Positions 1 through 10,690 of a stretch of 64,000 bases of DNA are shown piece by piece (position 1 is the stretch's first letter; each line of letters begins with the position of its first letter). The translations under genes were made by a program, and so were the position numbers. The notes beneath the pieces are model-generated. The model saw nothing but the letters and a program-made list of their open reading frames with translations, was not told the origin of the DNA and ran no database searches. Source of the DNA: Isurus oxyrinchus (lineage: Eukaryota); contig JANJGN010000018.1 of assembly GCA_026770705.1 (NCBI GenBank), positions 40,548,001 to 40,612,000 of the forward strand. The letters are read 5' to 3'.

Positions 1-1398
1 TGCTTTTAATACTGTTAGTTACAGTCACCCAGTCTCTCAAAAAAACTAAATTTGTGCAAAACTCATTGTCTTTCTAAGAAAAGGAAAGCATTACCACATG
101 TAAAAAATCTTTCTGAAAAAATTCTGAATCATGAAAAATTGAGAAAATATAAAGACTAGAATAGTCTGATGGATTTCAGAGGCTCCTTATAATTGTATAC
201 ACTTCGCATCATCTTGTACAATGACCCTGAAGGGGATTTCAACATTCATCTGCTATATTGATTTTAATAGAAACAATTGGAGACTGAAGAGCATGCAAAG
301 AGCAACTCCTGTCTATAGAGCTCATTCTAAAATGAAAATACAACTCATTTTTGGACTTGTAACTATACAGAAAATATGATATCCTACTCTACAACAGTGA
401 TGACTCTTCAAAAATGCTTCATTGGCTGTAAGTGCTTTGGGACATGCTGAGGTCATGAAAGGTGGTTTAAAAATGCAAGGCTTTCCTCTATTCATTATTA
501 ACATTAGTTCAAAAATAAAATACCAGAAACCATGGCAGCAACATTTCAACTCCTTAAAATAACAATGATCTATGCCTTTGGCTTCTAGTAGCAATATAAT
601 GTGTCATTAACATTACAAATTGACAAATGCCAAGTATAAACTCCTATTAAATGTCCATACCTGCCAGGGAACATTTCCGCACCATTTCAGATTATCTGCC
701 TTCCCTTTCACACAGCGATAATATAAACTACAGGAAAAGAATAAGACAAGCACTGAAAATCAAATCAATTCCTAACACTGTGCCTCAATCACTCTTTCAA
801 TATTTCTCCTTTGGGAGGGAAATTATTCAATTTTCTTCACATTAGTAAACATATACTAAATCAACAAGCTTACATATCACAGGAACTATGTATGGAAGAC
901 AGAATCAGTTCCAGTGAAGGAGCTACTTACAGTGCTCTGCACACAACAGTGATTCCATGAGGTAATCACAGAAAGAAAACAACCGTTGTTATTTTATGGA
1001 AGTGGCTCACAATGACTTGGGCAAGGTTTCTTAAAACCAACTCTTATGGCTGAATGGCCAAACTTGGAAATGAGAAAAGGCTATAACATCATGACCAGCT
1101 CACTCTACTAAGAAAAAAGATCACATCCAAAGGAATGAAAGGTCCAAACCTTGGTATAAACAAGAAACTGCAGTTCTTCTACTGGCCTACTAGTAAATGC
1201 ACCCCAGTCGCAAGACCACGTTGTAAAACCACTAGAAAAATTTAACGTAGATTATCCCAATGTGAAAAATGATTCAGTTCACCCTTTTGTCTGCCCCTCA
1301 GAATAAGAAACACAAGGGAATTCAGTGCTACATGGATTTCATGCCTCATGTGAAATATCATATGGAGTTGCTTACATAATAGTAACAGTAAATCTTAC

Positions 1399-1485
1399 CA
1401 ATAAGACTTGGTGTCCGATTTTCTAGAGATGGCCTGAAGTTCCACAATCGAATCTTCATGTATCAGACAGTGAGATACTGGGATA
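1399..1485 (-). CDS. TTF2: TTF2 coding exon 3 (IPVSHCLIHEDSIVELQAI...); not in ORF track; gene continues beyond the window start
   Basis: Polypyrimidine tract + AG at 1487-1486, GTAAGA donor at 1398, 87 nt, phase 2 to 2. Matches recalled TTF2 IPVSHCLLHEDFVVELQ. Confidence 0.9.
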
Positions 1486-2096
1486 CTGGGAAAGAAAGAC
1501 AATAAAACCAGTTACTGCAGAAAACACAGTATCAGAGAAATCAGGAGACAACAACAACAACAAAAAACCTTATATGAAACTTAACAAAAATTTACTTGGT
1601 GGGGCATTGTAATTGGTCTCAGTTTCCAAACTGGGGAATGGGGTGGGGGGCATGGGGGAGACTGGGGCGAAGGTTGGGGATCGGAAAGGAAATCAGTCAA
1701 GGTTCTCACGGTTGACTCCTATCCTGAAAAAGAAGTCTGTGTCATTAGTCACTGACTTTAGCAGTGGAATCAAGTTCATAACTATCTGAAATAAATTCAG
1801 TCCAAAGACTGAATTTTTTACCACAATTGCACATGCACAATATTCATAATGTAAGCTTCACTATTTTTAAATAGGATGAATTTTGATGCAACCATTGAAT
1901 CTTACATTTAAACACTGCCACTTTTTGAGGATTTCTGACTAGACTTCAACGTGTTTCTTGGTGTAGTTCAGTTAACTGAATAATGGAGGGAATGTATGCA
2001 TATTAAAAGCTATGTAAACAAACTTGTGGAATATTGCTATTTGTATCCCACATTGAGCTGAGGCAACACAATTCAACAAATTCATCCAAGGCTCAG

Positions 2097-2712
2097 TGGG
2101 TGGTATTTAATGGAGGCGAATGAGGTCTTGCCTGCATGCTGGAGAAGCGGCAAGGCCCTCATTAACTCCTTTGGGGAAGGCCTGCCAAATAAATTGCCAA
2201 TCATAAACATAACTCAGCAGGAGTGGGCCTTCCCCCCCCTAGATCAAGGACCCTGGGGGTGGAAATCCCACCTGGCCAATCAGAGGCCAGTAGCTTTCAT
2301 TGCTCAGTGGCACCACCAGGGCACCACCATAGGCCCAGCATCACCACTGAATCCAGGCATGGGTGGCTGATAGCTGGGGAGGGGTGGGTGGGGTTCTCAG
2401 CGGGCCTGTTGATCAGGCTCGGTGTGCCTTTGAACAAGGGATCCCCCGGGAAAATTGCATGCGAGCCCAGCAGTGTTTGCTTTCTGGGCTTCCCTGCACC
2501 GGCAGCAGCATGAGGCCCTTAAGTGGACAATAATTTCCCACTTAAGGACCGCAGTTCACAGTAGTGATTGTGATGGTGGTGGGGGTAGGGGGTGTAATGC
2601 TGAACACAGGTCTTTCTGCCACAGACTTAATCAGGACAGAGACAGGAAGGTAGCAGGTTCTGCTGCCATCCTCCCAACTGATTAAACGCTCACCCGCCAC
2701 TAAATTTACCAC
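2097..2712. mobile_element. Harbinger-type non-autonomous element in TTF2 intron 2
   Basis: Reverse-complement similarity to 13247-13966 (ccaatcagaggccag, gcccttaagtggacaat); degenerate TIRs. Confidence 0.6.
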
Positions 2713-3781
2713 AGGGAATAAATTCTGTCCATTACATCTAGATGGTCTCATTTGTTTTAAGAATAGGAGATATTTCCTTAGGATGCACACTTGGGGGTGT
2801 GGAAGCTTCAGTAGTAGGCTTCATCAGCAGCTCTACCCATCATGAGACATGGGGATGTATAGAAAACAGAAGAATAAAGCTTCATGTGCTGCTTAGTCAG
2901 TTGGTGAGACAAACTGAGGGGGAAACCAGCAAGGTCTAAGCAGAACACCCTTACTTAGAAAGCCAACCTTAGCTTGGATAGCTGGTCAGGTTTCAGGGAA
3001 AAAGTAGTGACCTAAAAAGGAGCAGTGTGTTTTATTAGTTTTCTTAATCTTGAAGCAGAAAATAAAGTGAGCTGTATGAAGATGATATTTGATTTTGACT
3101 GTTACTCTAAGTTCACTTGTTCTATATCAATTACTGCAGCTTCCTGATTCATATCTGACTTCTTCTCACTAAAGTGTTTCTCAGTGACAGGAAAATAACT
3201 CATATTTCAGATCACAAAAGGGCCCTATTGTTAGTTCTCCATGTTGTGCACTGCTGAACATACTTCAGCCAGACTTGCAATTTGTATCAAGTGCCTTTCA
3301 CGTACTCAGGACATGACAAACTGCTTTACAGTCAATGAATTACTTTAGAAGCACAGTCACTGGCAGATATTGTGCATGCAGCAAGCTGTCACAAACGTCA
3401 ATGAGACAAATAACCAGTTAATTGGTTTTACATAGTGCTGGTTGGTTAGGACAATGCGGAAACTTCCTCACACTGTACTCTAAACCCTACTAGACCTCAA
3501 AAGATTACCAGACTTCTTCCACAGGCACATATGAACTTCTGTTACTGGTCAAAACATAAGATGCTTAAAGTAACCAAGTTTCCAGTTACAATATATGGTC
3601 ACCACCCGTTTGCCACTTTCCAGCAACCCCTCGACTCCATATTGCATTTGGCACCAAAAATTTCTAATTGGATTCAAAAGATTGCATCTTAGGCCAAAAT
3701 GTTACAACGCAAAAAATTGCTCAACAAAACATTACTCCTACTTTCTCCTTTATATCGTAATGCAGAACGAGCAACACGTAC

Positions 3782-3893
3782 TTAGCAAGCTGCGTGAATG
3801 CACACGGTGAACTACCCCGGTGTCCACAGATATAGAAACTCTTGCCTTTGGTTGTTCCATCTCTCACTCCTGTTTTCAGAAAACAGGGTGTTC
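3782..3893 (-). CDS. TTF2: TTF2 coding exon 2 (GRF-type zinc finger: [22 protein letters not shown])
   Basis: AG acceptor 3895-3894, GT donor 3781-3780, 112 nt, phase 1 to 2. [17 protein letters not shown] matches the recalled TTF2 N-terminal motif. Confidence 0.93.
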
Positions 3894-4359
3894 CTGCAGG
3901 ACACAAAGAACACAGACAATCCAGACAAGAGTTAGGATGAAGACATTTTTAAAAAAGGAAGGCTTGCATTTATATAGCACATATCATAAGTTCAGGACTT
4001 CAGCCAGTAAAGTACTTTTGAAGTTTAGTCACTGGTGTGATGTGGCAGTCAACGTGTGCACTGAAAACTCTAACACGGCAATGAAATATATAACTAGACT
4101 ACCTACTTTATGTGTTAGTTCAGGGATAAATGTTGGCCAGGGCATCAGCAGAACTCCCCTGCTCTTCTGTGAATGGTGCAAGGGATCTTTTTATGTCCAC
4201 CTGCAAGGGCAGACTTGGCTTAACATCTCATCCAAAGATGGCAGCTCCAATAGTGTAGCACTCTGAGTACTGCACTCCTTAAATATTCACTCTATTTGAA
4301 AATATACATATCCACTATTTATCCAGCCAACCTCACCCATGGACATATTAAACATACAA

Positions 4360-4510
4360 AAATAAAAGCTAATTACTGCAGATGCTGGAAACCGTCAGCA
4401 GGCCAGCCACCATTTGTGAAGAGCGAAACAGTTAATGTTTCAGTTTGTTCATTCTGATATTAGGTTATCAACCTTTGCTGAGTGTTTGCAACGCTTTCTG
4501 TTTTTATTGT
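4360..4510. mobile_element. Degraded palindromic PLE tail remnant (similar remnants at 33735-33880 and 50785-50875)
   Basis: actgcagatgctggaa...gttaatgtttca followed by the inverted gctgagt...ttctgtttttatt. Confidence 0.55.
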
Positions 4511-4943
4511 GAACGAGGCCACTTCACAGACAAGCAATCAGCAACAAAATGAGGCTGCAATTACCAGCATTTTTTATTTCTCCCAGTTTCCAGCATGTAG
4601 CCTCTTTACCTACAATTTGACAGTTAACATTGTAAAGTGATAGGTGTGAGAAATGGTAACTTTGCAAATTCTTGGGGTTGGTGGCAAGGGAGAAGGGAAG
4701 ATGGATTTGAAGATGAGAAGGGCACCTATATTATATTAGAATCAGAAAGAGCTTGCATTTTCACTGCTCTTTTCATGTGCTCATGCCAAAGCCAAAGTAT
4801 TACTTTTGAAGAGCAGTCAGAGCTGTTAGGTAACAACTTCTGCAAAATTCTACAGAGAAAGTGAAACAAATAACTGGTTAATCTACTGTTTGATGATGCC
4901 CATGTTTGAGGAATCAAAGCTGGCCAATACATGGCGGATTCAA

Positions 4944-5556
4944 ATAGAAAGAGAAAATGCTGGAAATGTTCAGCATGTCTGGCAGCATCTGTGGCAGGAG
5001 AACCAGAGTTAACGTCTCAAGTCTGTGACCTTGCATGAAAACTGGTACAATCACATTTTAAGCAAGTGAAAGGGGGCATGGTGGGAAAAACAAAAAGGAA
5101 GGTCTGTAGTGGAGTGGATAGCAGGAAAGATCAAATGACAAAAGGCATGGTGCAAGAGCAAAGACGTGGCAATGGCACAGGCAAAAGAAACTAAAGATGT
5201 CTCCAGATGTGCATTGCAGACTCATGAACAGCTTCTATCCAAAAGCAAAATAGAATGTTAAAATGGGAGAAAAACCAAAACCAGCAAAGAAAATGGAAAC
5301 AAAATGGGGACAAAGGTTACAACCTAAAATTGTTGAACTCCATGTTGAGTCCTGAAGGCTGTAAAGGGCCCAGTCAAAAGATGAAGAGCTATTCCTCAAG
5401 CTTATAAATAGCTTTACTGTAACACTGGAGGAGTCCATGGACAGGAAAGTTTGAGCGAGAGCAAGTTGGAGAATTCAAATGATAGGGTGACTGGAGCTCC
5501 AGGTGGTGCTTGTGAACTGAGAAAAGGCTTTTCACAAACAGTCACCCAATCTGCAT
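4944..5556 (-). mobile_element. Degraded PLE 3' fragment
   Basis: aaatgctggaaat..cagcatctgtgg..gagttaacg tail and endonuclease-end remnants similar to 26823-27070. Confidence 0.65.
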
Positions 5557-5629
5557 GCCAGCCCCTGCCCTGTCACCCCCGTGCCAGCCCCTGCCCTGTC
5601 ACCCCCATGCCAACCCCTGCCCTGTCACC
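5556..5629. repeat. Tandem repeat, 26-bp unit x ~2.8
   Basis: TGCCAGCCCCTGCCCTGTCACCCCC(G/A) at 5556, 5582, 5608. Confidence 0.85.
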
Positions 5630-6012
5630 AGCCGGAGGCCATTATTTATACCATTATGGCAAAAGGACCAACAGCAACGTTGTGAAAAACATTTTTTATG
5701 CAGCAAGTGGCAGGGTCTGGAATGCACCAGCAGAGAGAATGGTGGAAGCAGATTCAAAAAAGAATTGGATGAGCACCTGATGAGTTACAAAATGCAGGGC
5801 TGGGGAGGCGGGGGGGGGGGGGGGGGGGGGGTGGATAAGGGCAGGAGAGGTGGGGTTAACGGAGATGCTGTTGCAAAGAGCTGGCAAGAGTGTGACAGGC
5901 CCAAAGGCCTCCTATGCTATAACCGTTCTATGACGCTTTCATGGTTCTGGAACAACTTCCCATCTTTCTGAAAACACAGTCACAGCTGGAGTGGGAAAAC
6001 GGTGTAATAAGT

Positions 6013-6152
6013 CCTTTTTCCTTAGTTCTGACGAAGAGTCATACGGACTCGAAACGTTAACTGTTTCCTCTCCACAGATGCTGTCAGAGCTGGAGTTTTT
6101 CCAGGTGCTTTTATTTCAGATTTCCAGCATCCGCAGTTTTTTGCTTTTATTA
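6013..6152 (+). mobile_element. Solo PLE terminal-repeat fragment (related subfamily)
   Basis: Hammerhead + gatgctg...cagcatccgcag tail; TSD TAATAAGT 6005-6012 / 6153-6160. Confidence 0.75.
6024..6062 (+). ncRNA. Minimal hammerhead ribozyme motif with canonical core
   Basis: AGTT-CTGACGA-A-GAGTC-ATACG-GACTC-GAAAC-GTT-AACT: stems I and II intact, stem III is the palindrome AACGTT. Confidence 0.75.
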
Positions 6153-6286
6153 TAATAAGTGGTCTTCAAAGTTTACCTCCGTAATAGGAACATTATTTCT
6201 AATGTTTTACATTTTGAAACAGTGAAAAGGCTCTGTTTGAATTTAATTTATCCCCTGTGGTCTTGAAGCCATAAGTAGACGAAGGT

Positions 6287-6708
6287 AAAAACAAAAAAAA
6301 AAAACTGCGGATGCTGGAAGTCCAAAACAAAAACAAAAACAAAAACAGAATTACCGGGAAAAACTCAGCAGGTCTGGCAGCATCGGCGGAGAAGAAAAGA
6401 GTTGACGTTTCGAGTCCTCATGACCCTTCGACAGAACTTGATTTCGAGTCCAAGAAAGAGTTGAAATATAAGCTGGTTTAAGGTGTGTGTGTGGGGGGCG
6501 GAGAGATAGAGAGAGAGAGAGGTGCTTGTGTGGACAAACAAGCAGTGATAGAAGCAGATCATCAAAAGATGTCAGTGACAATGGTACAAAAGAACACATA
6601 GGTGTTAAAGTTAAAGTTGGTGATATTATCTAAACGAATGTGCTAATTAAGAATGGATGGTAGGGCACTCAAGGTATAGCTCTAGTGGGGTTTTTTTTTA
6701 ATTTTTTT
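6287..6708 (-). mobile_element. 5'-truncated young PLE copy (terminal repeat only), TTF2 intron 1
   Basis: Near-identical to 26298-26718; TSD TAGACGAAGGT 6276-6286 / 6709-6719. Confidence 0.9.
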
Positions 6709-6966
6709 TAGACGAAGGTCTCGGTCTCCCGAAGGGACAATATCCGACAGAGAGACAGGAGTCTCCATCTTGCAGCACCAACATTCCAAACGCCCGCGGC
6801 TACCATGGTCATCGACCCACGTGGGAAACAACCGGAAATTCCCCTGTTTCAACACCCTGATTAGACTAAAACCTAAAACTCCTCCTGATTGGTCACTCCA
6901 ACGACCAATTAAACGACCTCATATCCGGAAATGTTTCCAACCTCCGACGGGATTCAATCTAATTTC

Positions 6967-7152
6967 AAGACAAAACAAAACTGCGGATGCTGGAAATCCA
7001 AAACAAAAACAGAATTACCTGGAAAAACTCAGCAGGTCTGGCAGCATCGGCGGAGAAGAAAAGAGTTGACGTTTCGAGTCCTCATGACCCTTCGACAGCA
7101 TCCGCCAATGCTGCCAGACCTGCTGAGTTTTTCCAGGTAATCTGTTTTTGTT
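6967..7152. mobile_element. Palindromic mini-PLE insertion (two tails-outward fragments)
   Basis: Minus arm 6967-7098, plus arm 7101-7152; TSD TTCAATCTAATTTC 6953-6966 / 7153-7166. Confidence 0.88.
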
Positions 7153-7225
7153 TTCAATCTAATTTCCCTCAGTTTATACACACACAGACATTTCCAGTTA
7201 ATAGTTTCTGAATATTTAAACATAC

Positions 7226-7253
7226 CATGTTCCTCACACAACACCTTCTCCAT
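7226..7253 (-). CDS. TTF2: Transcription termination factor 2, coding exon 1 (MEKVLCEEH-G)
   Basis: ATG at 7253-7251, 28 coding nt, then donor GTATGT. Resembles the recalled TTF2 N-terminus (MEEVRCPEHG) and joins in phase with exon 2. Confidence 0.9.
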
Positions 7254-7259
7254 TTCACT

Positions 7260-7510
7260 CTGGTTACCGGACCGATGCAAAAACTTACGCCCCTCCCTCC
7301 ACCAAAACCCCACCTACCAAGATCATGTGATACCAGACGCCAAATGAGGCTCTACCGTCTCATCCAATCAGAAATCAAGAACGGCGGCTACATCCGGGTA
7401 CTGTAATTTCAAGTTCCCCGCAGGAAACGGACAGGGTAAAGCACCAATCAGAACGTGGGATAGACAAAGGGCGGGGTTTCAATCACCTCTCTCTGGGATT
7501 GGAGAGCTGG
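7260..7510 (-). promoter_or_regulatory. Probable TTF2 proximal promoter (CCAAT boxes + GC box)
   Basis: CCAATCAG at 7364 and 7444, ATTGG at 7498, GGGCGGGG at 7469-7476, locally CpG-richer, immediately upstream of exon 1. Confidence 0.6.
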
Positions 7511-7798
7511 TTGTTTTCTTGTGTGTGTCTCTTCGGGTATGGGCTTCATACTCTATTAGGACCCAGAGCTGCGGAGATATTGGGCTTTATGGTCACTCAG
7601 AGAAGAACACAAGAATTAGGAAGAATAGAAAATCAGTCTATTTTTTAAATGGAGAGATTGCAGAACTCTGCCTTACAGAAGGATCTAGACGTCCTACTAC
7701 ATGAATTACAAAAGTTATTATGCAGATGCAGCAAGTGATTAGGAAGGCAAATGGGACGTCGGTATTTGTTGCAAAGGAAATGGAATATAAAAGTATGG

Positions 7799-9098
7799 AA
7801 CAAAAACAAAAATTGCTGGAAAAACTCAGCAGGTCTGCCAGCATCTGTGCAGAGGAATACAGAGTTAACATTTCGAGCCCGTATGACTCTTCAGCAGAAC
7901 TAAAATGTGGTGAAATATAAGCTGTGTGAGGGGGGTGGGACAGGTGGAGCTGGATAGAGGGCCAGTGATAGGTGGAGGCAAAGGAGAGATTGTCAAAGAT
8001 GTCATAGACTAAAGGTCAAAGGGGTGTTGACGGTGGTGATATTAGCTATAGGATGTGCTAATGGTGACATTAAGGGTAGAAAGCAGGATGAGCAAGTGAC
8101 AGATGGCTCTAGTGGAGGTGGTGTGGGGTATCGAATTAGGCTAAAAGGTGGAGATAAAACAATGGATGGAAATACATTTTAAAAATAATAATAGAAATAG
8201 GTGGGAAAAGAAAAACATAAATATTTTTAAAAAAAATAATTATTAGAAAAAAGGGGATCAAAAAGGGGGTGAGGATGGATGTTAAGTCCAGAAGGCTGTT
8301 AAGTGCCTAATTGGAAGATAAGGTGCTGTTCCTCCAGTTTGCATTGAGCTTCACTGGAACGTTGCAGCAGGCCAAAGACAGACATGTGGGCATGAGAGCA
8401 GGGTGGTGTGTTGGAATAGCAAGGGACAGGAAGGTCTGGGTCAAGCTTGCGGACAGAACAAAGGTGTTCCGCAAAGTGGTCACCCAGTCTGCATTTGGTC
8501 TCTCCAATGTAGAGACCGCATTGGGAGCAGCGAATGCAGTTGACTAAATTGAGGGAAGTGCAACTGCTTTAATTGAAAGGAGTGTTTGGGCCCTCGGATG
8601 GTGAGGAGGGGGAAAGTAAAGGGGCAGGTGTTGCACCTTCTGATGTTGCATGCAACGCTGCCGTGGGAGGGGGTTGAGGTGTAGGGGGTGATGGAGGAGT
8701 GGACCAGGGTATCCCGGAGGGAATGGTCCCTACAGAATACTGACAAGGGGTGAAGGGATGATTGGAGAGACGAAACGCACACTGGGTGACTGCTTTGAGG
8801 AACACCTTCGGTCTGTCCACAAGCATGACCCAATTTATTAAAATTTACTTCCATCCATTGTTTTACCTCCACCTTTTAGTCTATTTCCATTCCCCCCCCC
8901 CCCCCCCCCCCAACCATCCCACCCCCACTCCCACTAGGGCTATCTGTCACTTGCTCATCCTGCTTTCTATCCTTAATGTCACCATTAGCACATCCTTTAG
9001 CTAATATCACCACCGTCAACACCCCTTTGACCTTTTGTTTATGACATCTTTGGCAATCTCTCCTTTGCCTCCACCTATCACTGGCCCTCTGTCCAGCT
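7799..9098. mobile_element. Older PLE insertion with the same inverted architecture, nested in a CR1 fragment
   Basis: Minus copy ~7799-8755 (RDHSLRDTLVHSS..RRCNTCP, GIY-YIG remnants; hammerhead remnant 7863-7901) and an internally deleted plus copy ~8762-9098. Confidence 0.75.
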
Positions 9099-9099
9099 A

Positions 9100-9590
9100 A
9101 GTATTAGTTCAGAGAAGTTTTACTTAGCTGATTTCTGCGATGAAGGAGTAATCTTATGCGGAAATGCAGATTGGGCCTATACCCGTTGGAATTTAGAAGA
9201 ACGAGAGATGATCATATTGAAACATTTATGATCCTGAGGGGATTTGACAGGGTGAATGCTGGGAGGATGTTTCCCCTTGTGGGGAATCTAGAACTAGAGG
9301 GCACAGTTGAAAAAATAGGCATCTCTCTTTTAAAATGGAGATGTGGAGAGTTTTTTTTCTCTGAGTGTTGTTAGTCTAGAATTATTTTCCCAAAAGAGCA
9401 GTGGAGGCTGGGTCATTTAATTTATTTATGGCAGAGTTAGACCGATTTTTGATCAGCAAGGGAGTCAAGAGTTATGGGGGCATACAGGAAAGTGAAGTTG
9501 AGGCCACAACCAGATCAGCCATGATCTTATTGGATGACGGAACAGGCTTGAAGTGCTGAATGGCCTACTAGTGCTCCAAAGCACTGTATT
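9100..9590 (+). mobile_element. CR1 LINE 3' fragment (others at 5640-5930 +, 32460-32850 +, 44330-44610 +)
   Basis: RLGLYPLEFRRTRDDHIETF..GFDRVN. Confidence 0.8.
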
Positions 9591-9619
9591 CCAAAGTAGG
9601 CTATCTTTGTGATGGGAGG

Positions 9620-10690
9620 ATATTGGTTCAGAAACTTGGCTCTAGATTCATTAGGATGTTGAGGATGTGATTGTCAGATTCAAACAGAGATAGTAGTTAA
9701 AAAGGAGGATTTGAATCAATGGCACTGATATGGAGTTTAGGATGGGAACCAAAGCCACTAGTTTCACTTTTCCCGATGTTTAACAAAGGAAGTGTAGCTT
9801 ATCCAAGACTGGATGTCAGACAAGCAGTCTGGCAATACAGATACCATGGAACAGTCAAGAATGGCAGAAAAGTAGTGCGCATGTGGAAGCTGACCTCATG
9901 ATGGTTGATGATGTTTCATGGATAGCAATTGCATGGGCAAGAGGAGAGGAACTCCTGAGATAGTAATGCAAGGGTGGGAAGAACAGATAATTCTGGAATG
10001 CTCTGGCTATGCTTTGAAAACGTAGAGCAGAGCTAAGTGAGGGCAATCCCACTGGATTTGATAAGGGAGGAAAGCTGATGGAGGATGACAGGATGAGGAG
10101 GGCAGTGCACCACAATCACAGACACAGTGTCATTTGCGACTTTGATTAGAGCCATTTCAATGCTGTGAGGGGGATGTAAATGTGATTGGAGAAATTCAAA
10201 CAACTGTGGAAAAGCTGAGTACAGTTTTCGGAGGTAACCACTGTTTCAAAGACTTGACAGTTTGGAGATGGGACAGTAGTTTGCAAAGACGGAGGGGTTG
10301 ACTATATCTGGGTTTTGTGAAGAGAAGATAATGATAGCAGTTTTGAACAGGACATAGTGATACCTCAGCAGAGGAGAGCATAATGTCAGTTAGCATGGAC
10401 CAAAAAGGTGAGTTGAGTGGTAGAAGTTAAATGGAAATAGGGTCAAGAGAGCAGGAGTTATATGTTGTGGATGAGATAAGCGCAAAGAGGGCATGAGGGG
10501 AGAATCTTAGTGGAAAATAAGTTCATGAGCTTGTACTTATTGTTAAAGGTGAGGATGTTGGGATAGGAGGGAGGTGTTTAAGGAGAAGACCCCATAGCAA
10601 AGAAAAGAAGCAGGGCCTATCTTTTTTATCTCCTGGATGATCCTGAAGTAGTAGGTGGTTTTGACAGAGCGGAGTTAACCACTGAACGTG
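9620..10690 (-). mobile_element. Degraded L2-like LINE (similar remnants at 51350-51830 and 52990-53860)
   Basis: Purine-rich decayed sequence with L2-type segments (ttcaaagacttg, ggagatgggacagtagttt). Confidence 0.45.

Noticed and set aside
5811-5831. Poly-G/C tracts (also 8893-8911, 60355-60379)
   Set aside because: Simple homopolymers inside TEs; lengths may be sequencing-affected.
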